Source: the human T2T-CHM13v2.0 reference genome, Homo sapiens. From it: a stretch of DNA of 64,000 nucleotides. The position numbers and the translations under genes were made by a program. The notes below the pieces were generated by a model that was not told the origin of the DNA, searched no databases, and worked only from the letters and a program-made list of their open reading frames with translations. Of the stretch, positions 46,025 through 62,262 are shown in pieces (position 1 is the first letter of the stretch; the number at the start of each line of letters is the position of its first letter). Location of the stretch: NCBI RefSeq assembly GCF_009914755.1, contig NC_060934.1. One strand, given 5' to 3'.

Positions 46025-46399
46025 GGGTCAGGATTAGTTCTATCTGGTTCTCTATTTGCTGTCCATCTGTAAATGCTGAGAATGGCAGAGGGAGGCCAAG
46101 TGTAGATAATCAGGTTTTAGCTTTTTTGGATTTTCCTACTTCTCCTGTACAGGAAATAACTTATTGTCTAAACCCCATACTATCCCATTAAATGTCAGGA
46201 GTGCTGTCTTAGGCCTGAATTAGCTCATGACGTTACGTACTGGAAGTCCCAGGAGGAATGCCCAGCAAGTGGAATCCAAGACGTTCTCGCCTTCTCGGGG
46301 ACAGGGCCATCACCAGGATTCGGAAAGGAACAGGGAGGTTCGGTTTGTGTTCCAGTTCTGAGCCCTTTACCTCATCCCTCGAGAAGCTGGCCTTTGCAC

Positions 46400-47900
46400 C
46401 CCGCAGCCGGTGCTGCCCAGCCGACCACGCCATGCACGGGAGGCGACTGGGACCCCACTTGCCTGGCAGCCCGGCCGGAGACCCAGCTGCCTGGGAGGGT
46501 CCGAAGATAATGCCAGGCAGCCCTGGCGGGCCGGGAAGACCCTCTGTCCCTCCCGTTTCCCAGTTCTTGAATTAGGGGAGCCTTGGACTGGCTGGCGGCG
46601 CAGGAAAGTGCAGGAGGGCGGATGTGGGACCTGCTGCCGCCCAGGGAGACGGTGCTCTGTTCTTTGGAACCAGGGAAACCGTCCTCCAGCCCACTTGCCC
46701 CAGGGGGGAGCAGGAAGATCCTCTCCGGGCAGAGATGATGGGGAACCCGTGCAGCCAGAGGGTCTCCCTGGCAAAGGTCGGGGGAGGGGGCGGCCGTAAC
46801 GGCCCCGGGCGCTCCGGCACGGAGAAGCCAAGGGGGTTCTCCAAGCAGCCTCCACCCACCAGCCTCGCCAGGAGAGCGTGGATACCCGAGCGGCCCCAAG
46901 CGAGTCCCCGGGGACTGGAGGGCCGAGGGGCAGCGCCCGGAACAAAGGCCCGCAGAGGGGTCCTGGAGACAGCGGCTCCCCGGGGGCGGCTCCCCTCTCT
47001 CCCCTCTCTCCCCTCCTCTCCTCTCCCGCCAGCTCCTCCTTCTCCTCCCCTTCCTCCCCCAGAGGCCCGGCCGGCTCGCGGCCCGAGCAGCGCCAACTTC
47101 GCCAACGGTTCCCAAGTTGCCGGGCGCGCAGGGGTGGGAGCTGGGTGGGGTGAGGAAGAGGAGGAGGAGGAGGAGAAGGGCTCCCGGACGCCTTGGACGC
47201 GGTTCAGGAATCCGCCGCCGCTAGCCGGCTCGGGCCTGAGCGGGGAGGGCGCCAGGCAGGACCTCTCGCAGGCTCGCTGCGCAGGACGGCGCCCGCCTGG
47301 CGCCGCTTCCCTTCCAGCGTGCCGACCGGCCCCGCAGCGCCTCCATCCCTCCGGCCCGCCCCGGAGAAGACGCACAGCTCGGGCCGCGCGGGCGCCGGGG
47401 CCGCGGAACCGCTTCTGCCGGGATCTTCCAGGAGGAAAGCGAAGTTGCGAGCGGATGCTGCCCGCGCCGGACCCCAGCCGCGGAGGGTCGGGGCCGCCGG
47501 TGGAGTCTCGGCGGCCGGGGTAAGTGGGGCGCCGGCGTCCTGGAACCGCCGCCCAGCCCGGGGGAGGCCGCCCAGCCGGGAGCCCCCGCCTTCCGCGTCC
47601 AGGCGCGCGCGCCAAACTTTGGAGGGAGAAGGGGGCGAAGCGGACGGTGGGAGGTGGAGTTCCCAGCTCGGGGAAAAGCCCAGGCAGGCACCCACAACCC
47701 GCTGCAACCGGATCACACCTGCCAGGTACACACAGCTCATCGCCACTCATACCCCGCACACGGCGCAGGCTGATCTGCGCACACCCACACCGGCCAGGCA
47801 CATGCCACACACCGAAATGCACATTCCTGGGAGCGCGGGGGATTTGGCCTCTACAGCAGGCACGTCCTCACACCCCTCCGTCACATCCACGGCCTTTGTC
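46400..47900. promoter_or_regulatory. CpG-island promoter
   Basis: Very GC- and CpG-rich, GC boxes, CT-rich tract 46990-47060, (GAG)n 47150-47175, no repeats. Confidence 0.9.
47200..47519 (+). other. CHST3: Probable non-coding first exon of a plus-strand gene, tentatively CHST3 (chondroitin 6-O-sulfotransferase 1); start approximate
   Basis: Consensus donor GGG|GTAAGT at 47519/47520 inside the island; no coding exon in the next 16 kb. Gene identity is from recollection of the CHST3 5'UTR and long intron 1, not verified. Confidence 0.45.
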
Positions 47901-49691
47901 TGCTGCCCCCGCAGCCCCCAAGGAGAGGGAGCCCCCAAAGCGCAGCGGGCAGGAGAGAGGCTGCCTGGGTTTTGAAAACTTGTGGCCAGAACCCCGAGAC
48001 CAAGGGGAGCAGATGTTGCAGTCGGTTCTCGGAGTTCTGCAGGAGCGAATTTGGTGTGGAAACTCGGTGTCTGGGTGATGTGTGAGTGTGCGAAGCCCTT
48101 CCGGAGGCGAGGCCCGGAGAGAGGAGGGAGTGATTCATAAACTCAGAGCCGGCGTGCCAGGGTCTGTGAGCAGCGTGGAAGAGGCTGGCAGGCCGTTGCT
48201 GCGCTAGACAGAAGGGTAGTGGCCGTGACAGTCTTCCAGGGAAGCAGGGACCCTTCCCCCCAGCGGATGTGCTTCCTCCAGGGACTTCCAAGGGAACCGG
48301 GTGAGCAGATTCCAGTCCTGGGTGTGGACGGGGTAAGGGGAGGTGGGGGGATTTAAGCCTAAAAGGTTAGGGAGAAACCAAGGCAGGCCTGACGCCTTCA
48401 TTATTTTCCTTGCACCTGAAGTTGTGTTTGGTTTCTGATGCGTGGTGTTGCTGGGCCCCAGGATGTACGGGGGATTGTCCTGGGCCTAGCATAGTGCCTG
48501 GCACAGTGGGCACTCAGTCAGTACTTGCTTGATGAATAATGACACCGGTAATTATCATTCATTATGGACTCACTGTGCGGCAAGGCCAGTGGGCCTCTGC
48601 TGGGTTGAAATTGATTTTCCAGCAGAGAAGGGGGCCTGAGTAGCTCCTAGGAGCCCTGCCTGATCTGCTTGGGCCAGTGGCCCAGGCACTGTGTGTTCCA
48701 CTGTGTCCCGTGGGCTGGCCTTGGGAGACTGGAGCTCATCATTGGCCTCTGCCCCTCTAAGAGGGCAGCAGGAAAAGCTTCATTTCTGTATCTGGCTAAG
48801 ATGGGGTTGATGTGGGTTTTGGTAGATGGCAGGCTGTTTGGCAGATTCTGTGGGGTCTCAATTGAAGAATAACTTTAGATCTGCAGCAGAGAGAGGGGTT
48901 GGTTCCATCAACCCTCCCATCTCCTGGCTGCTGGAGAAGAGGGGTGGGTAAGTGGAGAAAGAGATGGGCCGTGCTGCTGGGCATGTGCTGGGGGTAGGAG
49001 GAACATGGGAACATGTAGAATTTGGGGGCAGCCGTTTTTCTTCCTGGCTCCTGATGGCCTGGCTGGAGATGGGTCTCATGAAGGGTCTAGGAGCTGTGTT
49101 CTGCAGCAGTGGCTTGGCTCTGTGGTGGCAGCAGGTAGAGCAGTGGTCACAGTCCCTGTACTGAGTATTGCTGTGGGTTCTCCTGTGCCAGCTTGCATGA
49201 GTTTCCCAGAGGAGCAGAAACATTCGTGTTCCTGGAACTGGATTGCCAGTAGTCTTGGGATTGAGAGTGCACAAAGATGTGGGGGTGGCCTGGGCATGTC
49301 ATCCAAAAGAAATGTGTCATTCCCCACCCCTGCCCCCTTGTGAAGAGCTCTGACTAGGTTCAGTGTGCATTTCAAACTTCTAAATGCTGAAATTAGCAAG
49401 GCATGTGGGCGGCACCAAGGACTGGCCTCAGATGAAAGAGGAGGTGATCTGGGCTTGGGCACCCCCAATTTCAGGTGGAACCCTGCAGCCAGTTCCTTCC
49501 CTATATCACCTTTCCACCTTCATTATGCCCTCTGTGAATCGAGAGTTCTGTATACATTTTCTAATTAAATCATTATATCCCTATGAGGTTAGCATTTCAT
49601 CTCCATTTTGCAGATTAGGAAACTGAGGACCAGAAAAGTTAAGTAACTTTTTCAATGTCACACAGGTAGTGAGAGACAAAGCCAGTGTTTG

Positions 49692-51363
<1,672 letters not shown>

Positions 51364-52089
51364 CAAAGCCAGTATTTGAACCCAGATTGTCTAACTCCAG
51401 AACCCACCCTGTCTCCACCATGCCAGGCTGTCTGCAAGGCCCTTATTGGTTCTCCATGGCAACAGGGAAACAGCCCTGATGCTTCTTACTAACGTGGTCC
51501 CAGGGCCTCTGCTTGCATTCTTCTTTTTCCATACACTCTGCCGAGCCTGGATATACCTTAGGCTGTGGGAATCAAAGGCTGGGTGGTACCAGGCTGCTGG
51601 AGCCTTCTGTGTGGCTCTGGAGTCAGAAAACTGTGGAGATTTTGGGGGGGCACACAGGGAGATGTTGCAGTAATTCCAGTGAGACATGACTCACTGCTTA
51701 TCTGAGAAGTTGGGACAAAGCTGCCTCTTGTGACCATACCGTGAATAGGGAAGAAATTGCCAGGTAGACCAAACATCCTCAAATGGGTTACTGTATTTTT
51801 TTCCCCTTTTTGGTCCTCTCCAGGGTAATCTATTACCTGGGGAAATCAAGCCTTCACCTGACACCTCCTATTGTCATTTACCTGGTGAACATAAGGGGCC
51901 ATGTCACAGCTGTCCTTCCCACCCCTGCCACGTGTTCTGGAGAGCTGGACTCCTCAGCAGCACCTGGTCCACAGGAGAGAAGAATGGGGCAGAGCCGGAG
52001 CAGCCAGGGGAGGTGATAACCACACGCTCATCTGGTCCCCAGCTCTTGCTTTTACATCCACGCCCCACAGGGAGACAGCAATTATCTGT

Positions 52090-55000
52090 TGGCCCCACTT
52101 TACAGATGAGGACATGAGGCTCAGAGAGGTGCAGTGGATGCCCAAGGTCACGAAGCCAGGCATCTGCAAAGGCCTGGGACAGCCACGTTTTCAGTCGGGG
52201 TGGTATTTTCTATCCCCGGCCCCAAGGGCTGAGAGTGGTTATCCCTGCTGGGGCAGGGTCCTCACTGCTCCACCCACCCTCATCTCTGCCCTGAGAGCCC
52301 CCAGTACAGATGTCCATAGAACGGGAAAGGCTGGCGCCCTTCAAAGGACGCAAAGAGCATTGGATGAGCACTGCCCAGCTGGTCCCTGCCCACCTTCCAC
52401 AGGAAGCCCACCTGGGTGAGTTCTTAGAGCCTTCCTAGTGCTGAGCTGCAAAGAAACTGGAGCCCTCTCCCCCTCCACTGCAGAGGGGACACACTGACCA
52501 GGACGGAAGTTGGGGGACTGGGTGTGGGGAGAAGCCACCCCACTGCAGGGGCCGGGGCTGTCCATCTTTGTACCTCTGGTTCCATCCCAGTGCCTGAGGC
52601 ATGGGAAGTTCTTGGAAATGTAGTCAGATGCTGGGTGAAGCCCCAGGAGGGGCCGTGAATGCTTCTGCTGGGAACTCCTAGAGTGGCGGCACAGAGAGGG
52701 TCTTTGCTGCGAAGGAACACTCAGAGCGTCTCTGGCTTTCGTGAGGTTATGCCTCAGGAGAGGAGACACTTCTCCTTTTCATTCGTTAAACAGAAATGAT
52801 ATTTGCCACCTTTTCTTCTCTAAGGCCTAAAGAGATGACAGAATGCTGCTGGTCCTACCCTGAGCGCGTGGACTCCACAGCGAGGTGTGGGGTGGCCCCT
52901 GGCAGGCCTGGACGGTTTGTTCTGTGCTTGCCGGTGGACACGCTTCAGCCCTCTGTCTCTATTGCCCCAAATCTGGCCTGTGGCTGCTGGGCCGCCACCA
53001 GCTTGGAGGGCAGGGTGGGCCCCGGGAGCCCCTGACCACCAGTGACTTCTTGTCTCCAGCTGCCCTCCGTCCTCTTGATCCCCCTCACCCCCCACCACCT
53101 CCTCACAAAGATGGCTGTGTGCTGAGGGACTGTGGCTTCCCTGGGCCCTGGGAAATTTATCACTGAGGTTTCAGAGGACTCTATGAAAAGGATTTGGAGA
53201 AAAAGTGTGGAAAATAAACAAGCCAGTTCCCAGTTCAGCCTCTCCTGAATGCCGCAAGTAAACAACCACCTCGGAGGCCAGCCCGGGATGTTCTTATTTG
53301 GCCTCTGTGGTTACACCTGCCCCCTCCCCGCCCAGTCCCTCCTCCTTAACTTTAAGAGCCTCAAAAGTCAGGGAACACACCCTCCGCTGGCCAGTCCTTG
53401 TGCTGCAGGGACGCTGGTGGCTGGGCACAGGAGGAACATGTATATGGGAGAGAAGACGGCCGGGGGTCCCAGCTCAGCCCTGCTCCCTCTGAGTCAGTCC
53501 CAAGCCTGGACCCTCCCCAGCAGGCAGACGGTGACGTCTTGGTTGGTTGGTGAGTTTAACTTTGATGGTGCAGAATGATGAGACTTTTCTCCATTTTGTG
53601 GCATCTGAGAAGCTTTGCTTCTTAAACATTGCTTTAGGGTGGATAGACCAAAGCTAATTTTCCCGTTATGTCTCTCCAAGACGGGGCCTACCTGTGAGCA
53701 AACCCTCATAGATTCATTTACTTTGTAGGCTACCTGGACAAAAATGTCAGGTTTCTTTGCTTTGGGCTGGAGTCCTATCAGCTCAGGGGTGGTGGTGTAA
53801 GGTCACACCAATGATTTCCAGAAACTCAAGCACTATTCTGAGTGACTAAGTCTGTGGGATAGGAAGCACATTTTCCATCTCTTAATAACTTCAATTTACT
53901 TAGTGACCAACTTTAAAACCAGGCACCCGGTTAGAAGGGGGAGAGCCAGGGCTTGGCAGCGGAGGGTCCTCACCTTGCATCCAGGGAGTGGCTGAGGGCC
54001 CTTCTCGTTCTCTGTGGCTGTGCTGAGCTGAGTCAGCGAGCCCTGAAGCCTCTGGGATTTGGGGAGTGGGGCACTGCTGGAAGGTTCTGGTTCCTGCTTT
54101 GTTCTGCTGCTGCCAGGCTTCTGGAGAGGGTGGTTGTGGGGTGAGTCCTGCGCTCCGCACGTCCACATGTTCGTATTCTACATATTGGGCTTCTGAAAAA
54201 AGTTCTGGTTCATAAGACGGCTTCACAGCTTAGCCGTCTGCAGACCAGTCTGCAGGTTGATCAGCTTTCTGTCATGTGTGTGCTGTTCCTGTTCACACAT
54301 GCTGCGCCGATGCCCGCCTGTGCCTGTGCCAGCCCCAGCCCACACAGCTACCTGAGATTTAGCCCTGGGCATCTCCCCTACCCTTTCCCGCTTCCCCCTC
54401 CTCTCCTCCCTTCCTCTCCAGCTGCCTCGCCATCTGCAAGATTCTGGAAAGTGCTAATGTGTCTGAGCCAAACAGTGCTATCTGAGGAAATATTTTGAAA
54501 ACACACTGGGCCACCCCCGTCCCCGCACTGTGACTACACTGATTTTCAGCAAGGAATTTCACTCCAGCCACAGGGCAGGGCCGCAGGTGCCTGGCTTTCC
54601 TCTGGAGACTTCCAGGGGCTTGTTAGAGACACGGAGAGAAGCTGAGGGCCTGTCCTGCAGGTTTGATGTGTCTGAAGAGGCCCCGAGAATAGAAATCTAG
54701 AACCTGCCAGTCACGAAGCAGTGTCACCCACCAGAGGATGAAGAACTGACTGTGACCTCGCAGGTCACCCACTTGCTTTCTTTTTACCGAGACATGCTAT
54801 TTCTCTTTCACTTTTCTTCCTTCTCTTGCATCTGGTGTAGGTGCCTGGGGGTAGCGTGCCCAGGAAACAATAATAGTAAGAGCAGCTGGTGTGCCTAATA
54901 CTGCCCTGAGCACCTACAAGGCGTCCTCACCGAGTTCTCACCAGAAGCTCTAGAGGTGGCTCCGGTTATTCCCACCATTTTACAGATGGGAAGACAGAGG

Positions 55001-58000
55001 CAGACAGCTGGATAAGTTGCTGACATGCCACAGCCGGTGAGGGGCAAAGCCGGGCCTGAGCCCCACAGCTGACTCCAGAGTCTGTGCTCTCAGTACCACC
55101 TGTGCGTGCGTCTGTCCCGTTGTGGCTGCACCGAGAGGAGAAACAGCACACAGGCATTCATTTTCAAACCGTGGCCAGTGCATGTCATTGCGTTCTGACT
55201 GGGAAGCTCTGGCAATGTTGGCGTTGCATGGCCTATTGTGGGCACTACCAGTGAGCCTCGGCCTTCTCCAGGTCTGACTCCAGTACCTGCCGGCTGCCCT
55301 GGGCAGGGCATTTTGGATCCTGCCTCAGGGTCTTTTGCCCGCTCTGCTGATGCCACTCCCCTGTGCCCTGACCTGGTCACAGGAAGGGTGCAGATGGCAG
55401 CGAGTGTGGTCTCAGTTAGCAAGGGGGAGCTGGCAGATCCAGGGACTTCTGCCTCCCTAGTGGCCATTCCAGCAAGACAGGAACCCCACCCCGAGTGATG
55501 TCTGGCCCTGTGACCTTTCAGCAAATATTTCTTCCCCAGCCTCACCTGGACTCGGTATCCCATGTTCCAAATTGTCCTAATTTCCCAGACACACACACCC
55601 TGCTCTCTGTAGCCTTCCCAGCTGCCAAGAACATTCCCTCCTTCCCCCTTTTCCCCTTGGCTTGGATGCCACCTTCTCCTGGAAGCCTGGGTGGTGGCCC
55701 TCCCCATGGCTGCCCACAGGTCCCCCTCACTGCCCTTTGCCTGTGGTATTATGATTGCTGGTTCAGTGATCTGTGGTCTGCACCAGGCAATGGGATGTGC
55801 AAGGGCAGGACAGCTGTCTGCCTTGTCCATCCTTGTAGCCCCCGACTTAGCAGTGAATGCTGCTACCTGATTATGGAAGGAATGAGTGACTGATGTGGCA
55901 CAGAGCCCTCAGTGGGGCAGGCCCAGTCCAGGATGCTTCTGTGAGGGAGCGCTTCGAGTCTGGGGAGGGTGGCAGGAGTCGTGGTGAGCGGGAGGGGTGG
56001 CTAACGTGGGCCAAGGAAGGGACAGACAGGAAGAGTGGGACCCCGGCACATGGCCTCTTGAGGTCATTACCCCATGGGTATTGGGCTGGGATACTGAGGA
56101 TGAGCCTGAAACCCTTCCAGAAGCCCCTCCAGTCCTGCCACTTGTCTGCCTGCCTGCCCTGGATGCCCGTTTTTGGGCTGGTGGCTGGCTGCACTCTGGG
56201 CCCACTGCTCAACCCCACCAGCAAGTGGAGAGCCATTCAACAGCCCCAGGGTCCAGTTCCCATCTGCAAGTAACGAGGCCTGCCGTGGCTGAGTCGTTTC
56301 CCTGAGCAGAGAGAAGGAAGCCCTACTGGCCGGCTGCCTCCCCAGGGGTGGGTAGAACTGTTCTGTGGCCCCACCTCCAGCCCTCAAGCTGTCTGTCCTT
56401 GCAAAAGTAGTGGGGCACAGAGTGCTGGGTTCTTGGGCATCACCTGTCCAGGTCCTGCGCGCCTATGCTCATGCTGACACTGCAAGATGGTGGGATAACA
56501 GGAGGGACTTTCAAGCTGGAAGAGAGGAGAGCTGGGTGCCCCAGTAACCACCTTTGAGTCCCACTGTGATGAGCCCACAGAGGTGGACATGAGGGAAGAC
56601 TTGGGGAAGCCTTCCTAGAGGAGGCAGGCATTCCAGTGCATGAGGGAAGCTGGGCAAAGGCACGAGGATGGGAAAGTTCCGATTGAAGACAGGGACTGGT
56701 GAGGAGTCTGGCTGGACTGAACTGAAATGTATAGGATACACGAGGAGAGACAGGCAGGATGGAGTTGTGGTTACGCACACAGGCTCTAGAGCCGGGCTGC
56801 CTTCACGGGAACCCCAACTCCCCACTTACTGGCTGTGTGGCCGTGGCCAAGTTGCTTACCTTCTCTGAGCTCAGTTTTCTCACTACTGGTACCCCCCACA
56901 TGGGGAAGACATGGGAATAAAATGTATTTCTATACAAGTGTTGAGAGCAGTGCCTGGCACACTGAGCATCAGGAAGGGTGAGCTATTATTATATAGGTAT
57001 ATGTTTTAATGCAGCTAGAAAAGGAAATTGAGGTCAGATCATAGAGGCCCTTGAATGTCATTCTTTCCATTCACTAAGCACCTGCCATGTGCCAGATTCT
57101 TCACAGTCATTCTCACCAAGCCCCCTACAACCCGGCAAGGTTGTTAGCAATGTCTCCATTTCACAGATGAGGAAACTGAGGCTCAGAGAGGTTGAGTAAC
57201 CTGCCTAAAGTCACTCAGTCAGGGAGAGTCAGAGCCAGTAATAACACCCAGGTCTGCTGTCGCTTGAGTCTTCCCTCAAAGTGAAGATTGGAGAGACATG
57301 GCAGGGGCATCACAGGGATGAGCCCTGGGCTGGGGCCGCAGCCAGGAGCAGAGCAGGAATGTGGCAACTGTGGGTCCCTGGGGCAGGGTGGAGACGGGGA
57401 GAGATGCCAGGCGGGCCTGGAGGGTAGGGAGGACTGGAGGCTACAGCATACAGCTCACCATTCATAGCCCAGGGCAAACCATTGAGTCATTTGGGGAAAA
57501 CATGACATCACTGAGTCTCACTGTCTGCCGCCCACCTGCTGTCTGCCCTCTATGGTTCTCCTGATGACCTCAGTGCCCCAAGTCCTGCAAGGGGACCCGC
57601 ACACCCCATGTAGCAGGGCCAGGTCAGCACTCCAGCTTCCTGCACTGGGTTCTCCTCCCCAGCCACTGTCTCCCACCTTCCCACCACTCCCTTCCCTGCC
57701 TGGGTCCCCTGCCCCAGCCCTACTCATACACACTGCTGAGGCAGAAGCTTCTGGAAGTGGTGATGGGCATGAAGAGCTTCCAGAAGGGCTTCCATGCCAA
57801 GCCCTTGATTGGAATTCTGGGTGGGGAGGGGACAGCTCAGAAGCCTGTGTCGAGCTTTTAGAGTTGCTTTTCCTTGAGAATGGTGCCTGCTGTTTGGGTG
57901 GGATCACTTTTAAAAAGTAAAGCCTGGTAGAGCTATGTGACCAGCACTATGCCATGACCTAGAGGAGATTCAGACTGACGGGCAGGCCCTGCCTTCCTGC

Positions 58001-58820
58001 AGAATACAGTTGAGTGTCTGAGAGTTCTTTCTGTACTAAGCATCTTTGAACTGAGTGCTTTATTTTCGTCCATCTGATTGCGCGAGGTAGTCTTATTTTA
58101 CAGATGCCATCCCCGAGGCCCAGAGAGGTTAGGCAACTTGTCCAAGGCCACACAGCCAGGATTCACACCCATAACTGTCCAACTCCAGATGTGCTCTTAG
58201 CCACTCTGCCATCCGGCCACAAATAAAGCCACCAGAGAACCACAGAAGGTGGAACATATCCAACATTTGCCCGATAAATTGTATAGTGCAGACAGGAAGT
58301 ACAGGGAGTTTTCATCTCAAAGTGTAGGTCACTCCCCAGAGTGGCTTGAAGTCTGTAGATCCATTTAGGAGAACATCCAGCTTCACTGGCTGTGCAAATC
58401 CCACCCATGCGGCTGTTTGGGGTGAGAAGTTTCTTTAAATGTCTGTTGACTCTCTTCTCTGGAAGGAGCACGGGGGCTCAGGGGGCGCCTGTCCTGGCAT
58501 TGGTGGCCACACCTAGAAACGGACTATGAATCAAGCCAGGGGCCCAGTGCCAGCTTCCTTGGCCTGTCTGTGGGCGCAGATGCCAGCCTTTGCAGCTGCT
58601 GCTGCAACTCACAGCTCTCTCCCGGTGCCGCCCTCAGTCAGGCCAGCTGGAGTGGAGGGGCCAGTGGCCGTGCCCTGTGCAGAATGACATCCTCTCACCT
58701 TCACAAGGGAAGCGTGATTATCCTTGCTTTCCAGGTGAGGACACTGAGGCCTAGAGAAGTTTTCTGGCTGTCTGAGCTCCCTTGGCCTGAGCTCCCGCGG
58801 TAGAACCGAGACTCAAGTCT
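52090..58820. mobile_element. Scattered MIR/L2 fragments (~52090, 54970, 55740, 56780-56990, 57070-57270, 58090, 58715)
   Basis: Repeated MIR core cccattttacagatgaggaaactgaggctcagagaggtt and L2 tail motifs. Confidence 0.7.
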
Positions 58821-59976
58821 TCTTTCTGCAGGCAGATGGCCAGTTTCTTCCTGGAGGAGGGAGGAGCCAGCTTGCCCTCTGACACTGGGTAGCACAGCCC
58901 TGTTCGATTCTCTGTTCGGGGCTTGCACTTCTGATTCATTCTGCAGTCACTGGCTCTTTGTGGTTCGGGAAAATGACCCTCTAGGGTAGGAGAAAAGCTC
59001 TTGGAGCACTTTTGAAGCCATAGAGGCCCTTTCCAGGCTTTGGAAAATGTTCCTTCTCCACCCAGATGCCAACACCACCCTGGTCCTGGCAGTACTTGTC
59101 CCTGGAAGGGCCTCACTGCGGTGACTCATTACCCAGCATGCAGCACATTGCCATTGCTCTCAGTGGGCAGGTGCTGTGGGGACACGGGTCTGCGGGCCTG
59201 CTGTCTTCAGGGGTCCCCCATGCCTTTTAACGCGTGTATCAGTGTACCCCAAGCCTCAGTTCTGTGTAGTTTGTACAACTCTGGCCCCTACCCCAAGGAT
59301 TTCTGGGAAGCCCCCAGGAATGCTGATAAGTTCACAGTCTGCCCTCCCCAGCCCCAGTCTCATCAGGCTTCAGGGGTGGCCATTCCTCCCCTCCAGGAGA
59401 GAGAGAACTCAAACCAGTAACTACCCCTCCTCAGGCTCAGGCCCAATGGTTGCTGTAATAATTTCTGGGGAGCTGTCTTTGCTCTTGCAGAGAAGGCAGG
59501 CCTTGAATTCAGACTGGAGGGGCCATTTTTCTTCCAGTTGCCCTCAAATTTTCCTTTCTGTGATAGGATTTGTCCTTTGTCTCTGCTTAAATTCAAAGAC
59601 TTGTTAAAATGACTTTTCTCAAACAAGAGGCTACCCTCAAAAGAACTTTGCCTCTACGGATAGAAAACTGGAACCTACTTTTATTTTGGTTTTAGTTTTA
59701 TTAAATTGTATAAAATCAATAATACATGTCCATGGTGCAAAGTTGAAAAGGCACAAAACAGTCTATGTGTGGTCTCTTTCCCATGCCGGACTCAGACACT
59801 CAGCATTGTTAGTTTTGTGTGTGTGTGTAAGCTGTGTTTAAATTGTCCAGCTTTAAAACAAAACCCTTCCCTGTTTCACAATTAGGTTGACCGAGGCACA
59901 ACCTGAAAAATAACCTGGAAATAGCATCGGGCCCCCTGCAGCGTCCAGCTCTTCCCGAGGACTGTTATTATGATAA

Positions 59977-61364
<1,388 letters not shown>

Positions 61365-62210
61365 TCATTTAATAACAAGAGTAGTAATCATAGTTAACCT
61401 TCTTTACCCTTTACTATGTGCAAGGCATTGTTCTAGAAGCGCACACATCGATCATTTAGTCCTCACAGCGCTCCCATGTGGTAGGTGCTGTCCTTATACT
61501 CTTTTTGCAGATAAGCCCAAGGCACAGGAGCCTGCCTGGTAAGCAGCCCATGTCTAAAGGGCAGTGAAGAACCGGCCTCTAGGGAATGCAGGGCTCCTCT
61601 TGTACCCAGAGGGGAGGCGCCCTGCCTCTTCTCTGTTGAGCCTTTGGAAATGGCCTCCGAGGGGCCCCTGCTCAGCACAGCTCTGTGGGCCAAGAGCAGG
61701 AGTGTTTGAGGCACAGATAGACGATGTCTGGACCCCTCCCCAGGATGCCTCCCCATGTCTGACCTTGGGGAGTCCAGTGCCAAGGGGGAAGTTCAATAAC
61801 ATACCAGGTTTCTCCTTGGCCCTGGGACAGGTTCCTTCCCTTTCCTTCCCTCCTCCCTGCATCCTTCCTTCCTTTCTTCCTTCTTTCCTTACATATTTAT
61901 TCAGTGCCATACAGCGATAGCGCACACGTGTTACCTCTAATACAAGGTGAAAAGTGATATGAATGGTGCAAGGTAGAGAGAGGAATGGTGCTGGGAGAGG
62001 AACGTGTGGTAGGAGGCCCTCCCTTCACATCCTGGCCTCAAACCTCCAGCCGGTGGCCTTGGGCGGGTCGCTCAGCGTGTCTGGACCTCTGTTTCTCATC
62101 TGGATAATGAAGGAGAGGGTGGAGGTGAGGACCCAGGTTGCCTGCCAGGCTCTTGTGAGAATTGGAGGTGTAAAAGGGCTTTCTTTTTTGTTTTTTTAGA
62201 CGGAGTCTCG

Positions 62211-62262
62211 GGAGGGGGGTTAGATGGCGGGAGAGGGGTTAGATGGCAGGAGAGGGGTTAGA
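62211..62262 (+). repeat. 19-bp G-rich tandem repeat, ~2.7 copies (GGAGAGGGGTTAGATGGCR)
   Basis: Direct reading. Confidence 0.85.

Noticed and set aside
46367-48078. Long overlapping ORFs (up to 416 aa) on both strands
   Set aside because: Stop-codon depletion in a CpG island; Pro/Arg/Gly/Ala low complexity, no domain, open in several frames
55090-55830. 246-aa minus-strand ORF
   Set aside because: No recognisable domain, overlaps L2/MIR scraps, expected by chance in GC-rich intron
58470-58490. CTCF-like site (CAGGGGGCGC)
   Set aside because: 5' half does not match the core motif; cannot be supported without a scan or ChIP
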